Notes: generated by a model from the letters alone, not told the origin. Counted from the stretch's first letter, positions 9,232-20,054 are shown. The stretch: 41,427 bases of DNA from Verrucomicrobiales bacterium (GCA_002729295.1 PBTU01000114.1:1-41427), one strand, 5' to 3'. Program-made: numbers and translations.

Positions 9232-11385
9232 ATGGGGAAAGGGTGTTTTCAAGAGTATGATCATGATGGATGGACGGGTGAGGTCCGTCGTGATTTGGCT
9301 AAAGGCTTCGGGGAGGGGCGATTTAAGGGGCTGCGCGAGGAGATTTTATCGGCCAAGGAAAAAGTTTTGGCAAAGGGCAGGCATCGCGTGGTTGTTTTGG
9401 AATTCGAAACAGCTGAGGGCAAGCTTGAAGTGGCCGTTAAGGCGTTTGGAAAGCAGAGCGGATGGAAGGATCACTACGACCGGGTAAGGGGCTCAAAGGC
9501 GGCGCGCTCTTTTGCTGCTGCTTGTTTTTTGCAGCAGCATGAGGTGGGGACCCCGGCGCCGCTTGGGTATTTTGACCGTTGGGAGGGCGGTCGTTTGGTA
9601 GAGAGTTATTACGTTTCGGAATACCTGAAAGGCCTGAAGAGTGTGCGTGATGGGTTGAAGGAAATTTATCAGCAGCACGGACCAGCGGATCTTTTGGTGG
9701 GGCTGCTTGAGAAGGTCGGGACGACCATGAGGCGAATGCACGACGCGGGCTTTTGTCATCGGGATTTGGGGAATCAGAACATGGAGATGACTCCCAGGGT
9801 CGGTGAGAAGTGGGGCGAGGTGAATGTGATTGATTTGAATCGTGGGAGGATTCGGGAAGAACTGGGAATGCGTGAGCGTGCGCTGGATTTTGGGCGCCTC
9901 ATAATGCCATCGGCTTTCCTTGAAGTGCTGGTCCGAATTTATTGGGGCCAGAAACCTCCTGCTGAGTTTCGGAGGGAATTTGCGAAGGCTCGCCGAAGAT
10001 TCGAATGGTGGACACGAAGCCGGAAGTGGCGGCATCCGATCCGGAAGTGGCGGCGAGGGCACAAATCGAAGGGATTGCAGATGAAGGATGTCTGGATCTG
10101 GGATCGGAAGTCCGCTCAGGCCGCGATCACCTTAGAGCGTCGCGAGCGTAAGAAGTGCCAGTCGTTTTGGAACCATGTTCGAATTGCGGGAGCAACAGCG
10201 AGGGCGGCGCCGGGAGTCTGGCGGGAATACCAGTGGCAGATGTCAGGAGCATTTACGAAGAAGGTCAAGCTTCAAGGTCGTATTGGAATGTCTCTGGAAT
10301 TGGCTGATCTGGAGGTTGAACCCCAAATCAAGTTTTTGGAAAAGCTGGGGAAAGTCCCGGTCTTACTGAGATTTGGTCATCATGAAGGCAGGGCGCAGTG
10401 GGAGAGGGGGCTTGAGGTCTTAGATCGGCTGCATGGTGAGGGCGTTGAGATCATGGCGGCTTTACTTCAGGATCGGGCGGCTATTTTAAATCCAGAATCT
10501 TGGTGTGAATTTTTGGATTTTGTGCTGAGCCGGATGGAGGGGAAGGTGAAGATGGTGGAAGTCTGTCACGTGGTGAATCGGGTGAAATGGGGCGTGCATT
10601 CATTGAAGGAGAATACGGGTTTGTTGGAGCCTCTCGTCGAGTTGAGGGAAAGGTTTCCGGGGATTAGATTTTCGGGGCCTGCGTGCATCGACTTCGAGTA
10701 TCACTATTTGATGGGGGCTCTCGCTGCGACGCCGAAGGGATTTTACTATGATGCTTTGTCACATCATCTCTATGTGGATCGCCGGGGAGCGCCGGAGAAT
10801 AAACAGGGTTCTATGGGAACCGTGGAAAAAGCCGGACTGCTGAAAGCGATTGCCCGATGGTCGGGGCACTGTGAAGGAAAAGTGATCGTGTCCGAAGTGA
10901 ATTGGGCTCTTGAGTGGACCGGTGAGTGGTCACCGGTTTCGGCAACCTATCAGCCTAAAAATGCCCGGGGAGCTAAAGTTCATGTCACCGAAGAACAGTA
11001 TGGATATTTCATGCTTAGATATCTTGTTCTGACTCTTTGTTCCGGATTTGTGGATCAGGTCTATTGGTGGCGGCTGGTGGCGCATGGGTTTGGTTTGATC
11101 GACGAGCGGGTTGACGGAGGATGGCGGGAGCGAATTGGCTTTAAAATGCTCTGCGTGTTTTTGGAGCAATTGGGCACGGCGACTTTCGTAGAGAAATTGG
11201 AAACAGAAGAAGAGGTCTATGCTCTTCGCTTCGAGCGGGAAAATGATGAAGTCACGATGATGTGGTGCAATGGACGAACCTTTTCCGGGCCGTGGCCGAG
11301 ATCTTCCAGAAAAGCTCTCGATGCCTCGGGTGAGGACATCAAGCTAGAAGAAGTGGGCGATTCACCCGTTTATTTGCTTTCTTAA
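9232..11385 (+). CDS. Fusion protein: N-terminal LPS-kinase (Kdo/WaaP) domain plus C-terminal TIM-barrel glycoside-hydrolase-like domain
   Basis: Kinase landmarks: [38 protein letters not shown] (HRD-x4-N) and [10 protein letters not shown]. The C-terminal ~420 aa has alternating beta/alpha character with candidate catalytic strands [13 protein letters not shown] and [13 protein letters not shown]. The ORF track starts at GTG 9121, only 15 nt from the divergent waaG start. ATG 9232 is the more plausible start. Confidence 0.6.
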   Translation: MGKGCFQEYDHDGWTGEVRRDLAKGFGEGRFKGLREEILSAKEKVLAKGRHRVVVLEFETAEGKLEVAVKAFGKQSGWKDHYDRVRGSKAARSFAAACFLQQHEVGTPAPLGYFDRWEGGRLVESYYVSEYLKGLKSVRDGLKEIYQQHGPADLLVGLLEKVGTTMRRMHDAGFCHRDLGNQNMEMTPRVGEKWGEVNVIDLNRGRIREELGMRERALDFGRLIMPSAFLEVLVRIYWGQKPPAEFRREFAKARRRFEWWTRSRKWRHPIRKWRRGHKSKGLQMKDVWIWDRKSAQAAITLERRERKKCQSFWNHVRIAGATARAAPGVWREYQWQMSGAFTKKVKLQGRIGMSLELADLEVEPQIKFLEKLGKVPVLLRFGHHEGRAQWERGLEVLDRLHGEGVEIMAALLQDRAAILNPESWCEFLDFVLSRMEGKVKMVEVCHVVNRVKWGVHSLKENTGLLEPLVELRERFPGIRFSGPACIDFEYHYLMGALAATPKGFYYDALSHHLYVDRRGAPENKQGSMGTVEKAGLLKAIARWSGHCEGKVIVSEVNWALEWTGEWSPVSATYQPKNARGAKVHVTEEQYGYFMLRYLVLTLCSGFVDQVYWWRLVAHGFGLIDERVDGGWRERIGFKMLCVFLEQLGTATFVEKLETEEEVYALRFERENDEVTMMWCNGRTFSGPWPRSSRKALDASGEDIKLEEVGDSPVYLLS

Positions 11386-12740
11386 ACCTTGCCTACGGCG
11401 TGGGTTTCGAAGCCGATTTTGCGAAGTGCTCCGAGGTCGAGAATGTTGCGGCCGTCAAAGAGGAAGGCGGGCTTGAGCATCTTGTCGAAGATTGCTTGGT
11501 AATCGAGTTTGGTAAACTCGTCCCACTCAGTGAGAATAGCGACAGCATGGGCGCTGTCGCAGGCCTCTTCGGCGGAAGAGTGGGTGTGCACTCCGGGATG
11601 ATCTTCGGGGATTCCGATGTCGACGCAGATCTGCTGGTGGGATACTTTGGGGTCGTAAATATGAACCTCGGCCTGTTCGTCGAGAAGGTCGCGGCAGATG
11701 TAGATCGCAGCGGACTCGCGGGTGTCGTTGGTGTCTTTTTTGAAGGCGAAGCCAAGGAGCGCGATCCTCTTGCCTGCCACGGTGTTAAAGAGGGTGGTGA
11801 CTATCCGTTTGACGAAGCGCTTCCGCTGGTAGTCGTTTATCTTGATGACCTGCTCCCAGTATTCCGCAACTTCGGTGAGGCCGTAGTGCTCGCAGAGGTA
11901 GACAAGATTGAGGACGTCTTTTTGGAAGCAGGATCCACCGAATCCGACGGAGGATTTCAGGAATTTTGGTCCAATACGGGAGTCTGTTCCCACGGCACGA
12001 GCGACTTCATCGACATTCGCTTCGGTTGCCTCGCAGAGTGCCGAGATGGCGTTGATGGAGGAGATTCGCTGGGCAAGAAAGGCGTTGGCGGTAAGTTTTG
12101 AGAGTTCGGAAGACCAGACGTTGGTAGTGAGAATTTTCTCTTCGGGAACCCAACGGGCGTAGATATCGAAGAGTGTTTGGATCGCGGCCAGACCCTCGGG
12201 CGTTTGGTCTCCGCCGATGAGGACACGGTCGGGATTTTGAAGGTCCTCGACGGCGGTGCCTTCGGCGAGGAACTCAGGGTTGGAGAGAACCTGGAATTTT
12301 GCGTCGGTGGGGCAGTTCTCGAGAATAGTTTTGATTGTAGAAGCAGTGCGGACCGGAAGGGTGGATTTTTCCACAACAATTTTGTTGGTGGTAGAAACCT
12401 CGGCGATTTTGCGTGCGCAAAGTTCGATATATTTTAAGTCGGAGGCTTTTCCTGCTCCGGTGCCGTAGGTCTTGGTCGGGGTGTTGACCGAGATGAAAAT
12501 GATGTCGGCTTCGTCGACGTGCTTGTCGACGTCGGTTGAGAAAAAGAGATTTCGGTCTCGGCATTCGAAGACGAGTTCGTCGAGTCCCAATTCGTAGATT
12601 GGGAGATTGTCGCTATTCCAGGCGGCGATGCGGTCAGGATTGATATCGACGACGGTGATCTGAATGTCGGGACATTTGTGGGCGATCATGGCCATCGTAG
12701 GGCCACCAACATAACCAGCGCCAATGCAACAAATTTTCAT
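11382..12740 (-). CDS. ugd: UDP-glucose 6-dehydrogenase (eukaryote-like UGDH type)
   Basis: Landmarks: N-terminal Rossmann motif [22 protein letters not shown], and catalytic Cys context [10 protein letters not shown]. The protein is collinear end to end with animal UGDH as I recall it. Confidence 0.9.
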   Translation of the reverse strand: MKICCIGAGYVGGPTMAMIAHKCPDIQITVVDINPDRIAAWNSDNLPIYELGLDELVFECRDRNLFFSTDVDKHVDEADIIFISVNTPTKTYGTGAGKASDLKYIELCARKIAEVSTTNKIVVEKSTLPVRTASTIKTILENCPTDAKFQVLSNPEFLAEGTAVEDLQNPDRVLIGGDQTPEGLAAIQTLFDIYARWVPEEKILTTNVWSSELSKLTANAFLAQRISSINAISALCEATEANVDEVARAVGTDSRIGPKFLKSSVGFGGSCFQKDVLNLVYLCEHYGLTEVAEYWEQVIKINDYQRKRFVKRIVTTLFNTVAGKRIALLGFAFKKDTNDTRESAAIYICRDLLDEQAEVHIYDPKVSHQQICVDIGIPEDHPGVHTHSSAEEACDSAHAVAILTEWDEFTKLDYQAIFDKMLKPAFLFDGRNILDLGALRKIGFETHAVGKV

Positions 12741-12793
12741 AAGGACGGGAGGAATAGTCGATTATTTTGGAAAATGAAAGAGAAGTCTCTTAG

Positions 12794-13972
12794 TTATTTT
12801 CCCTCTGCAATTGATATAACATTTTCCGGGGAGAGGAAGTGAGAATGTTTTGCGAGTTGTTTGAACCGCTTGAGATGTATTTCTTCGACAATGAAGCTGT
12901 CGACAGGATTTTTTTGATCCGAGATCTTCAGGAGTTCCTGGGACACCATTTCGTTATTTTGAGAAAGATCGATTTGAAGGTATTCGACTGAGGCGAGGGT
13001 GGGGGGGAGGCCGAGGTCGGTGTTTTTGGCAAGCAAGGAAACGATTCTCAAGGGTGATTCAGGGGTGGTGTCGGCAGGGTATTTGTGAAGGAAATCAAGG
13101 GGGCGTGTGCCTTGTAGTTTCCAGCGTTCTTGCAGCCAGAGGACATCAGCGGGGGAGCTTTTCCAGGCTTGTTCGAGACTGTTGGCGCAAGCCTGGGTGG
13201 TCGCTTCCGGAATGAGGTGCATGTGAATGGTCCAGTGGCAGGGTGCGGAAGTTTCGCAGTACATGCCTACGAGGATGCCCTTGGCGCGACGGGCGAGGAG
13301 GGGCGGCATGGGGGAGCAGGTGGTGGGACGACCAAAGAATATCGCGGGGGCTCCCTTGGAACGGATGCGTTGATCAGAGAGGACACCGAGGATTCCTCCG
13401 TCGCGAATGAATTTGGTGAGTTTGTGGGTGGAGGATTTTTTGGCGAAGAGATGAAGGCCCCGCCGAGCTCTTCGTCGTTTAATGACCCGGTCGATGAGAG
13501 GGTTGCTCAGTGGGCGGTAATGGGTGCCGATTTGTGATTTGGTGCCGGTGAGAAAGCCGGTGTGAGCGAGGAGTTCCCAGTTGCCCATGTGGGGAACGAC
13601 CCAGATGATTCCCTCGGTGCGGGTAGGGTCGGTCACGAGCTCGGAATTCACAAAAGTGATGTAAGAGAGAATTTGCTCGTCGGAGAGAAAGGGAATGCGG
13701 AGGGAGGTGAGCATATTGGCTCCGAAGCGTTCAAAAATTTCGCAGGTGAGCTGAGACAGCTCTTCTTTGGTTTTATTTTCGCGATAAGCGGTGCGAAGAT
13801 TTCGCAGGACGATTTTTCTCATTCCCGGGAAAAGCCGGTAGCCGATGCGTCCGAGGAATTCACCCAAGCTGAATACGGTGGGGAGGCTGAATAGGCGCAG
13901 GACTTTCTCGACCGTCCGAAAGACAAGGTATTCGAGGCGATGAGAGAGAAGAATGCGGGGCGTTTTTGCCAT
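12794..13972 (-). CDS. Lipid A biosynthesis (LpxL/HtrB-family) lysophospholipid acyltransferase with a C-terminal extension
   Basis: Landmarks: LGRIGYRLFPGMRKIVLRNLRTAY and VVPHMGNWELL (H-x4-E/D acyltransferase motif). The ORF track starts at TTG 14011, overlapping the upstream stop. ATG 13972 (MAKTPRILLSHRLEY) is an alternative start. About 100 extra C-terminal residues are present relative to typical ~300-aa LpxL. Confidence 0.65.
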   Translation of the reverse strand: MAKTPRILLSHRLEYLVFRTVEKVLRLFSLPTVFSLGEFLGRIGYRLFPGMRKIVLRNLRTAYRENKTKEELSQLTCEIFERFGANMLTSLRIPFLSDEQILSYITFVNSELVTDPTRTEGIIWVVPHMGNWELLAHTGFLTGTKSQIGTHYRPLSNPLIDRVIKRRRARRGLHLFAKKSSTHKLTKFIRDGGILGVLSDQRIRSKGAPAIFFGRPTTCSPMPPLLARRAKGILVGMYCETSAPCHWTIHMHLIPEATTQACANSLEQAWKSSPADVLWLQERWKLQGTRPLDFLHKYPADTTPESPLRIVSLLAKNTDLGLPPTLASVEYLQIDLSQNNEMVSQELLKISDQKNPVDSFIVEEIHLKRFKQLAKHSHFLSPENVISIAEGK

Positions 13973-14007
13973 GGGCTGCGGGAGCGTTAGCCGGAGATCT
14001 GGAAAAA

Positions 14008-15039
14008 TCAAGACCGGGCGATCACCTGATAGTATTCGCAGAGAGCGGCGGCCTCGCGTTCAGTGGTGTAGTGCTCCTCTGCGTGGGAATGACCGGCCCG
14101 GCCCATACTGAGAAGTTTTTCGGGGTGGGCAATCAGTGTGGCGAGGGATTCCCGGGTGGCCTCGACATCCCCGCAGGGCACGGTGATCCCGTGAATTCCC
14201 TCAGTGATAATGTCCTGCCACGCTCCGGCATGTGAGGCGAGGACGGCGCAACCGGAAGCCATCGCTTCGAGGACGGTAAGCCCAAATCCTTCGTTCCTGG
14301 AAAGGGCGGTGACAAGAGACATTCCCTGAAAAAGTCCGGGGAGTTCGCTGCTGGGGCGGGATCCGTGGAAGATGATGCGCTCGCTGAGTCCGGATTGGGC
14401 GACTTTGTCCTCGAGTTCGCTTTGGAAGTCGCGGAATTTGGGCGTGGTTTCGCCCACGATAACGACGGTTGGGTCGGGGTTGTCTTTTAAAAGCGGGATT
14501 GCGGAGTCAATGAGGACATCGACTCCTTTTTGAGGACGAACACGGCCGAAAATGCCGATGCCAAATTTTCCGGGGAAGCCGAGTTTTTCCCAGGCGGCAG
14601 ATTTATCGGCGGGTGGGTGGTAGCGTTCGAGGTCGATGCCATGTGGAATGACGACATCGGGTTTATTTTCAAGATAGGAAGCGGCGGCCGAGCAAGTGGT
14701 GATAATGCCGTCCATTTTTCCCATGAGCCAGCGGGTGAAGCGCGAGTGATAACGCTGCGCGGTCGAGGTGAAGACGATCTTAAGATTGGCTCCGAGTTTT
14801 CGGGCGGTCAGCGCCTGAATCATTTCATTATTACGTCGAGCGTGGAAGACACGGGGCTCGTCTTTGAGCTTACGCAATTCACAAAAAGAAATAACGGGAA
14901 CGTCATCGGGGAGATGATGTTTTCCAAGGACGGCGAGGGAGACTTTTTCGCGGACTTTGGGGAGGGTCTGCAGCATTGTCGAGGTCACGCCGGAGAAGCG
15001 TGAGTTGGAATTGCCGAGAATGACTAGTGGGTCGGGCAT
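14008..15039 (-). CDS. GT4 glycosyltransferase
   Basis: The segment VTALSRNEGFGLTVLEAMASGCAVLASHAGAWQDII is a classic GT4 E-x7-E region. Lipid A/core-type genes lie immediately downstream on the same strand. Confidence 0.7.
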   Translation of the reverse strand: MPDPLVILGNSNSRFSGVTSTMLQTLPKVREKVSLAVLGKHHLPDDVPVISFCELRKLKDEPRVFHARRNNEMIQALTARKLGANLKIVFTSTAQRYHSRFTRWLMGKMDGIITTCSAAASYLENKPDVVIPHGIDLERYHPPADKSAAWEKLGFPGKFGIGIFGRVRPQKGVDVLIDSAIPLLKDNPDPTVVIVGETTPKFRDFQSELEDKVAQSGLSERIIFHGSRPSSELPGLFQGMSLVTALSRNEGFGLTVLEAMASGCAVLASHAGAWQDIITEGIHGITVPCGDVEATRESLATLIAHPEKLLSMGRAGHSHAEEHYTTEREAAALCEYYQVIARS

Positions 15040-15044
15040 GGTAG

Positions 15045-15664
15045 CTAGTCAGTCTCGGTAGGATCGTGATCCCGGGGCTGGAGACAGAGTCCGATTGTTC
15101 CAACAAGGAGGAGATAGCAGGCGAGGAGCTCGAGGTAGCTCTGGACTGTTTCGGGAATGTCATTGTGGTAGTTCTCGCCGAGGGTGGCTTTCCAAAGAAA
15201 AGAAGCACCGAGAAAGCGGGCGAGAATGTAAATCATCATAAAGGCCGAGGCGAAAAACCCGGCGGCGGGATGGGAGGAGAAGTCGTTGAAGAATTTCGGG
15301 AAGTGTTTCCGTTGCTGATGAAAGGTCCAGAGGACGTAAAGGCCGAGCGGGATGTAGAGAATTTCAACCGGGATTTTGATAAAAGGTTCGATGATGGAAT
15401 CTCCTTCGCCAAGGGCGCCGGCTAGGGAGAAGGCCCCCATCATGTTGTAGAATGGGCCGATGTCCCCGGCGGGACGGGCGGCACCGAACCAGAAGGCGGC
15501 GCTAGCGAGAAGGAGGGCGAGTTGGAGGCCTTCGACAGCTCCTTCTTCGGTGGGCAGAACGGGATGGTCCGGGAGCCAGGCGGGGAAAAGGATCGCAACC
15601 GAGCCGAGGACGACCAAGCTGGCCGTGACAAGGCGATGTTTCCAAGATCTGGCTGGAGGCTCGC

Positions 15665-15668
<4 letters not shown>
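15045..15668 (-). CDS. Hypothetical polytopic membrane protein
   Basis: There are five to six hydrophobic segments. ATG 15668 forms an ATGA overlap with the truA stop. The longer ORF-track version (to 15752) would run 88 nt into truA. Confidence 0.5.
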
Positions 15669-16452
<784 letters not shown>

Positions 16453-16459
<7 letters not shown>

Positions 16460-16863
16460 CCGAGATAGTCTTTGAGGATTTCGAGGGCGGCCGCCTGGTC
16501 GATGACGCCCTTTTGCTGTTTTGCCTTGCGACCGGCCGAGCGGAGTTTTTCAGAGGCCGTCACGGTTGTGAAGCGTTCGTCAAAGAGGGTGAGGGGAATG
16601 TCGCCGAGATTGGTCCTCAATTCTTTGCCGAACTTGCGGACCTTTTTTGAACTTGTGCCTTCCGAGCCATCCATACGGAGGGGGAGCCCGAGAACGACGG
16701 CCTGAATCTTGCGCTCGGCGATGACCTCGAGGATGCGGGGAATGATTTCAGTCTTCCGGCAATCGATTGTTTCGACGGGATGGGTTCCAATGCCAAGCTC
16801 ATCCGTCGCAGCGAGCCCGATGCGGGCGTCTCCGTGGTCGATGGCGAGAATGGGGTGGGTCAT
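16453..16863 (-). CDS. ruvX: Putative pre-16S rRNA nuclease / Holliday-junction-resolvase-like YqgF (RuvX)
   Basis: Landmarks: ILAIDHGDARIGLAATD, VVLGLPLRMDGSEG, DERFTTV, and C-terminal IDQAAALEILKDYL. The length of 136 aa fits the family. Confidence 0.85.
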
Positions 16864-16958
16864 TTAACGAGTCGAGGGATCGTGCTGATTGCGGTTGCAA
16901 CAATAATAGCTCAGGAGAGGATAAGTATGAAGACGGGTTCGGTGGAATCTTTCCTCTT

Positions 16959-18038
16959 TTAGAGGAGCTCTGTGGGAAGTTTTGGGCCGAGGTTTTTGAT
17001 GGCGTCGGCTTGGTGTCGGTTGGCTACGAGGAGGGCGTCGTCGGTTTGGACGACAATGAGGTCGTCGACTCCGAGGAGGGCGACGCGGGAGTCTTTGCGG
17101 GCGTTGAAGACGATGTTGTTGGAGGCATCGATCTCGGTGATTTCGGTGTTGGTCTGATTTTGATCGCCCTGGGTGGGGAAGTATTTCGCGATGGAGATCC
17201 AGGATCCGACGTCGTCCCAGTCGAAGGTGGCTTCGATATTGAGGACGCGGGAGGCTTTTTCCATAAGAGCGTAGTCGATGGAGATGGGGGTGAGGTTGGG
17301 GAATTTGTCCGCTGTGGTGGCGATGACGTCGTTAGAGTCCTTGAGCTGATCAATGAAGCCGGCGAGTTCCGGTGTGTGTTCACGAAGTTCGTTGGTGACG
17401 GTTTTTAGCGACCAAACAAACATGCCGGCATTCCAGGCGAAGTTGCCTTGGCGAAGGTATTCTTCGGCGAGTTCAGGATTGGGTTTTTCACGGAAAGTGG
17501 TGACCTCCATGGCCTTGTGAGTGGTGTCGAAACCGAGAGCGGCGGCTGGTCCGCGCTCGACGTATCCATAAGAAGGGCAAGGCCATGTGGGCTTGATCCC
17601 GATAGTGACGAGGGCGTCGGTTTGGGAGGCGATGGTGAGGCTATCGCCGAGGACGGATTGGAATGAATCGGTGTCCTGGATGAGTTGGTCGGAGGGGAGG
17701 ACGGCCATGGTGGCGTCGGGATTGCGTGCGGCGATGAGTCCGATGCCGAGAGCAACGGCGGGAGCGGTGTCGCGTTTGGCGGGTTCGGCGAAGATGTTTT
17801 CGGCGGGGAGTTTGGTCGCGATTTTGCGAACGGCCTCTTCTTGGAGCGAGTTGGTTAGAATGAGGATATTCTCAAGGGGGATGAGTCCTTCGAGGCGGTC
17901 AATGGTTTGATTGAGAAGAGTGGAGTCGTCGAAGAGGTTGAGAAGTTGCTTTGGTTTAGCATTTCTGCTGAGGGGCCAGAAGCGGGCTCCGCTGCCACCA
18001 GCGAGAATCAGGGCATAGTTGTTACTCATCTCGGGCAT
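16959..18038 (-). CDS. Mannose-1-phosphate guanylyltransferase (short ManC/CpsB type, no PMI domain)
   Basis: The N-terminal nucleotidyltransferase motif ALILAGGSGARFWPLSR is present. The 359-aa length is typical of the monofunctional form. Confidence 0.75.
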   Translation of the reverse strand: MPEMSNNYALILAGGSGARFWPLSRNAKPKQLLNLFDDSTLLNQTIDRLEGLIPLENILILTNSLQEEAVRKIATKLPAENIFAEPAKRDTAPAVALGIGLIAARNPDATMAVLPSDQLIQDTDSFQSVLGDSLTIASQTDALVTIGIKPTWPCPSYGYVERGPAAALGFDTTHKAMEVTTFREKPNPELAEEYLRQGNFAWNAGMFVWSLKTVTNELREHTPELAGFIDQLKDSNDVIATTADKFPNLTPISIDYALMEKASRVLNIEATFDWDDVGSWISIAKYFPTQGDQNQTNTEITEIDASNNIVFNARKDSRVALLGVDDLIVVQTDDALLVANRHQADAIKNLGPKLPTELL

Positions 18039-18118
18039 TCAATCGATTGAGGTGCGGATTGTCAAAACCGTCTAGCGTCCCTTTTTCTGTTGGGGTCAGG
18101 TGATCTCTGCGCTATAGT

Positions 18119-18445
18119 ATGTCCATGAACGATTCCTATGACGAACGCGACTGGGTGGATACAACGGCAGCTTTCGCTCCGGCAGTGCTTGGTGCGGCAG
18201 CAGGTTTGCTGGTGGCTGATGTCCTAAGTGACGAAGCGCGCAAGCCGGTTGGTCTTTCTCTGGCTTGTCTCGGATTGGCTGCGCTGACACCGATGTTGGT
18301 GGAGACCATGATTGATAAATTAAATGGACCAGGAACTCGTCGGGGATCACAGCGCACTTTGCGCGGGATTCGGGACTCCGGTCTCCCTCCCCGTGATATC
18401 AGCTATGTTGGTGCCGAATTGGGTGACGAGCTGGGAGTTGGCTAA
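18119..18445 (+). CDS. Small hypothetical membrane protein (two predicted TM segments)
   Basis: 108-aa ORF with an ATG start. Its hydrophobic stretches are AAFAPAVLGAAAGLLVADVL and GLSLACLGLAALTPMLV. Nothing else supports it. Confidence 0.35.
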   Translation: MSMNDSYDERDWVDTTAAFAPAVLGAAAGLLVADVLSDEARKPVGLSLACLGLAALTPMLVETMIDKLNGPGTRRGSQRTLRGIRDSGLPPRDISYVGAELGDELGVG

Positions 18446-19407
18446 ACAATTCGTAGTTGCGAACTAATTTCCCGGACGGTTTCCTCGAAGCCAGTTCGGA
18501 ACGGAATGCGGGCTTTCCAGCCAAGTGATTCCAAAGAGTGCCGGGTTGCGAGGGCGTATCGGGTGTCATGCCCGGGACGGTCATCGACATGACTAATGAG
18601 GGATTCGGGTTTTCCGAGCTGCTTCAGAATGGTGCGGGCGATGCCGAGGTTGGTGTGTTCATCGCGGGCACCGAGGTGGTAAATCTTTCCCGGAGTGCCG
18701 TGTTCGAAGGCTGCGATCAATCCGAGGGCGCAATCCTCGACGTGGATCCAGTCGCGGATTTGCTGGCCGGAGCCGTAGATGGGGAGGGGCTCGTCGCGCA
18801 TGGCGTGATAAATAAGAGTGGGGATGAGTTTTTCCCGATGCTGACGTGGCCCGTAGTTATTCGTGCAGCGAGCGATGACAACATCCTGAAGATAAGTGGT
18901 GTGAGCCGCGATGGTGAGGAGGTCGGCGCTGGCCTTGCTGGCGGAATAGGGGGAAGAAGGGCGGAGCTTGGTGAATTCGTCGAATTTTTTCGGAAAGGGA
19001 GTCGAGCCATAGACCTCGTCGGTGGAGCATTGAAGGAAGGGCACTTTGAGGAGCCGGCATATTTCCAGTAAGGACGAGGCCCCGATTACATTGGTGAGGG
19101 CAAACTCCTGGGTGCTTGCGATTGAGCGATCAACGTGGGATTCTGCGGCGAGATTCAGGACGCCGGTGAATTGATGTTCTTCGATGAGTCCGGTGGTGAG
19201 AGATTGGTCAAGGATGTCTCCTTCCACAATGGTGAGGCGGGAATCGTGATCGGGTCCGACGAGGTGATTTCGGTCGCCCGCGTAGGTGAATTTATCGAGG
19301 ACGATGAGTCTTTCGACTTCGGATCTCTCCAGGATTTTTCTGACCAGAGTTGAGCCGATGAAACCAGCACCACCTGTGAGCAATAGGGAAGAGAGCGACC
19401 GCATCAA
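18442..19407 (-). CDS. rfbB: dTDP-glucose 4,6-dehydratase
   Basis: Landmarks: GGAGFIGS, LAAESHVDRSI, catalytic PYSASKASADLL (YxxxK), NNYGPRQHREKLIP and GSGQQIRDWIHVEDC. Confidence 0.85.
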   Translation of the reverse strand: MMRSLSSLLLTGGAGFIGSTLVRKILERSEVERLIVLDKFTYAGDRNHLVGPDHDSRLTIVEGDILDQSLTTGLIEEHQFTGVLNLAAESHVDRSIASTQEFALTNVIGASSLLEICRLLKVPFLQCSTDEVYGSTPFPKKFDEFTKLRPSSPYSASKASADLLTIAAHTTYLQDVVIARCTNNYGPRQHREKLIPTLIYHAMRDEPLPIYGSGQQIRDWIHVEDCALGLIAAFEHGTPGKIYHLGARDEHTNLGIARTILKQLGKPESLISHVDDRPGHDTRYALATRHSLESLGWKARIPFRTGFEETVREISSQLRIV

Positions 19408-19508
19408 CGAAAAGGTATCTGTTTAAGCGGTGAGTAAAAGAGAAAGATCTTCCCTCGAATGGGAATCCCATTGACCGCCCGCTGATCCTGTGATCATTTA
19501 GTTCCACG

Positions 19509-20054
19509 ATGAAACCACGTTATATTTTCACCCTGGGTGGACTGACCGTTGCGTTGGTTTCCTGTGGAGCCTTGAAAAATTTCCAGCAGTCAATGGGTGG
19601 AAGCACTGGTTTTGATCCTTTGGCCGCGCCCGGAGCGTTGCAAAAAAATTCTGCTGTTGTCGTGCCTACGGCGCCGAGTTACACATCGGGGCAGTGGGTG
19701 GAAACCTCCATGCCCAATGCGACATTCTTCCGGAATGTTCCAAGCGGAAACGCAACTGCGGATAAGATGTTGGCGGTAGCTACGCCGATGAAAGTCATTT
19801 CGACCTCGGGGACCTATGTCAAAGTCGAGCTGGATTCGGGGGATGTGGGCTTTGTTCCTGAGATTATGGTTGCCGAGCGTTCGGCTGCCTCGGTTGCCCC
19901 GCTCGTCCCACCACTTGGAGATGGCGTGGCCCCGGTTGTGGCCCCCGAGCCCGAGATTCCAGGCCTGCCTTTGACCTCTCCCCCGGCACCTCTTCCCGAT
20001 GTGGCTCCTCCCCCCGAAGTGCCGGGAATTACTCCTCCGCAAGCCGTCGATTAA
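19509..20054 (+). CDS. SH3b-domain lipoprotein with a proline-rich C-terminal tail
   Basis: A lipobox-like signal is present (LTVALVSC|G). The SH3-like core is GQWVETSM...MKVISTSGTYVKVELDSGDVGFVPEIMV. The tail is rich in P/A/V. Confidence 0.55.
   Translation: MKPRYIFTLGGLTVALVSCGALKNFQQSMGGSTGFDPLAAPGALQKNSAVVVPTAPSYTSGQWVETSMPNATFFRNVPSGNATADKMLAVATPMKVISTSGTYVKVELDSGDVGFVPEIMVAERSAASVAPLVPPLGDGVAPVVAPEPEIPGLPLTSPPAPLPDVAPPPEVPGITPPQAVD

Noticed and set aside
11400-12101. Long ORFs antisense or out of frame to well-supported genes. Examples are 11400-12101(+), 16767-17408(+), 796-1323(-), 9493-10062(-), 37185-37817(-), 38454-39128(-), 14530-15003(+) and 18538-19071(+).
   Set aside because: These are shadow ORFs typical of GC-rich DNA. 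Their translations are low-complexity (P/S/R/G/A-rich) with no motifs, and each lies fully inside a gene that has strong family signatures on the other strand or frame.
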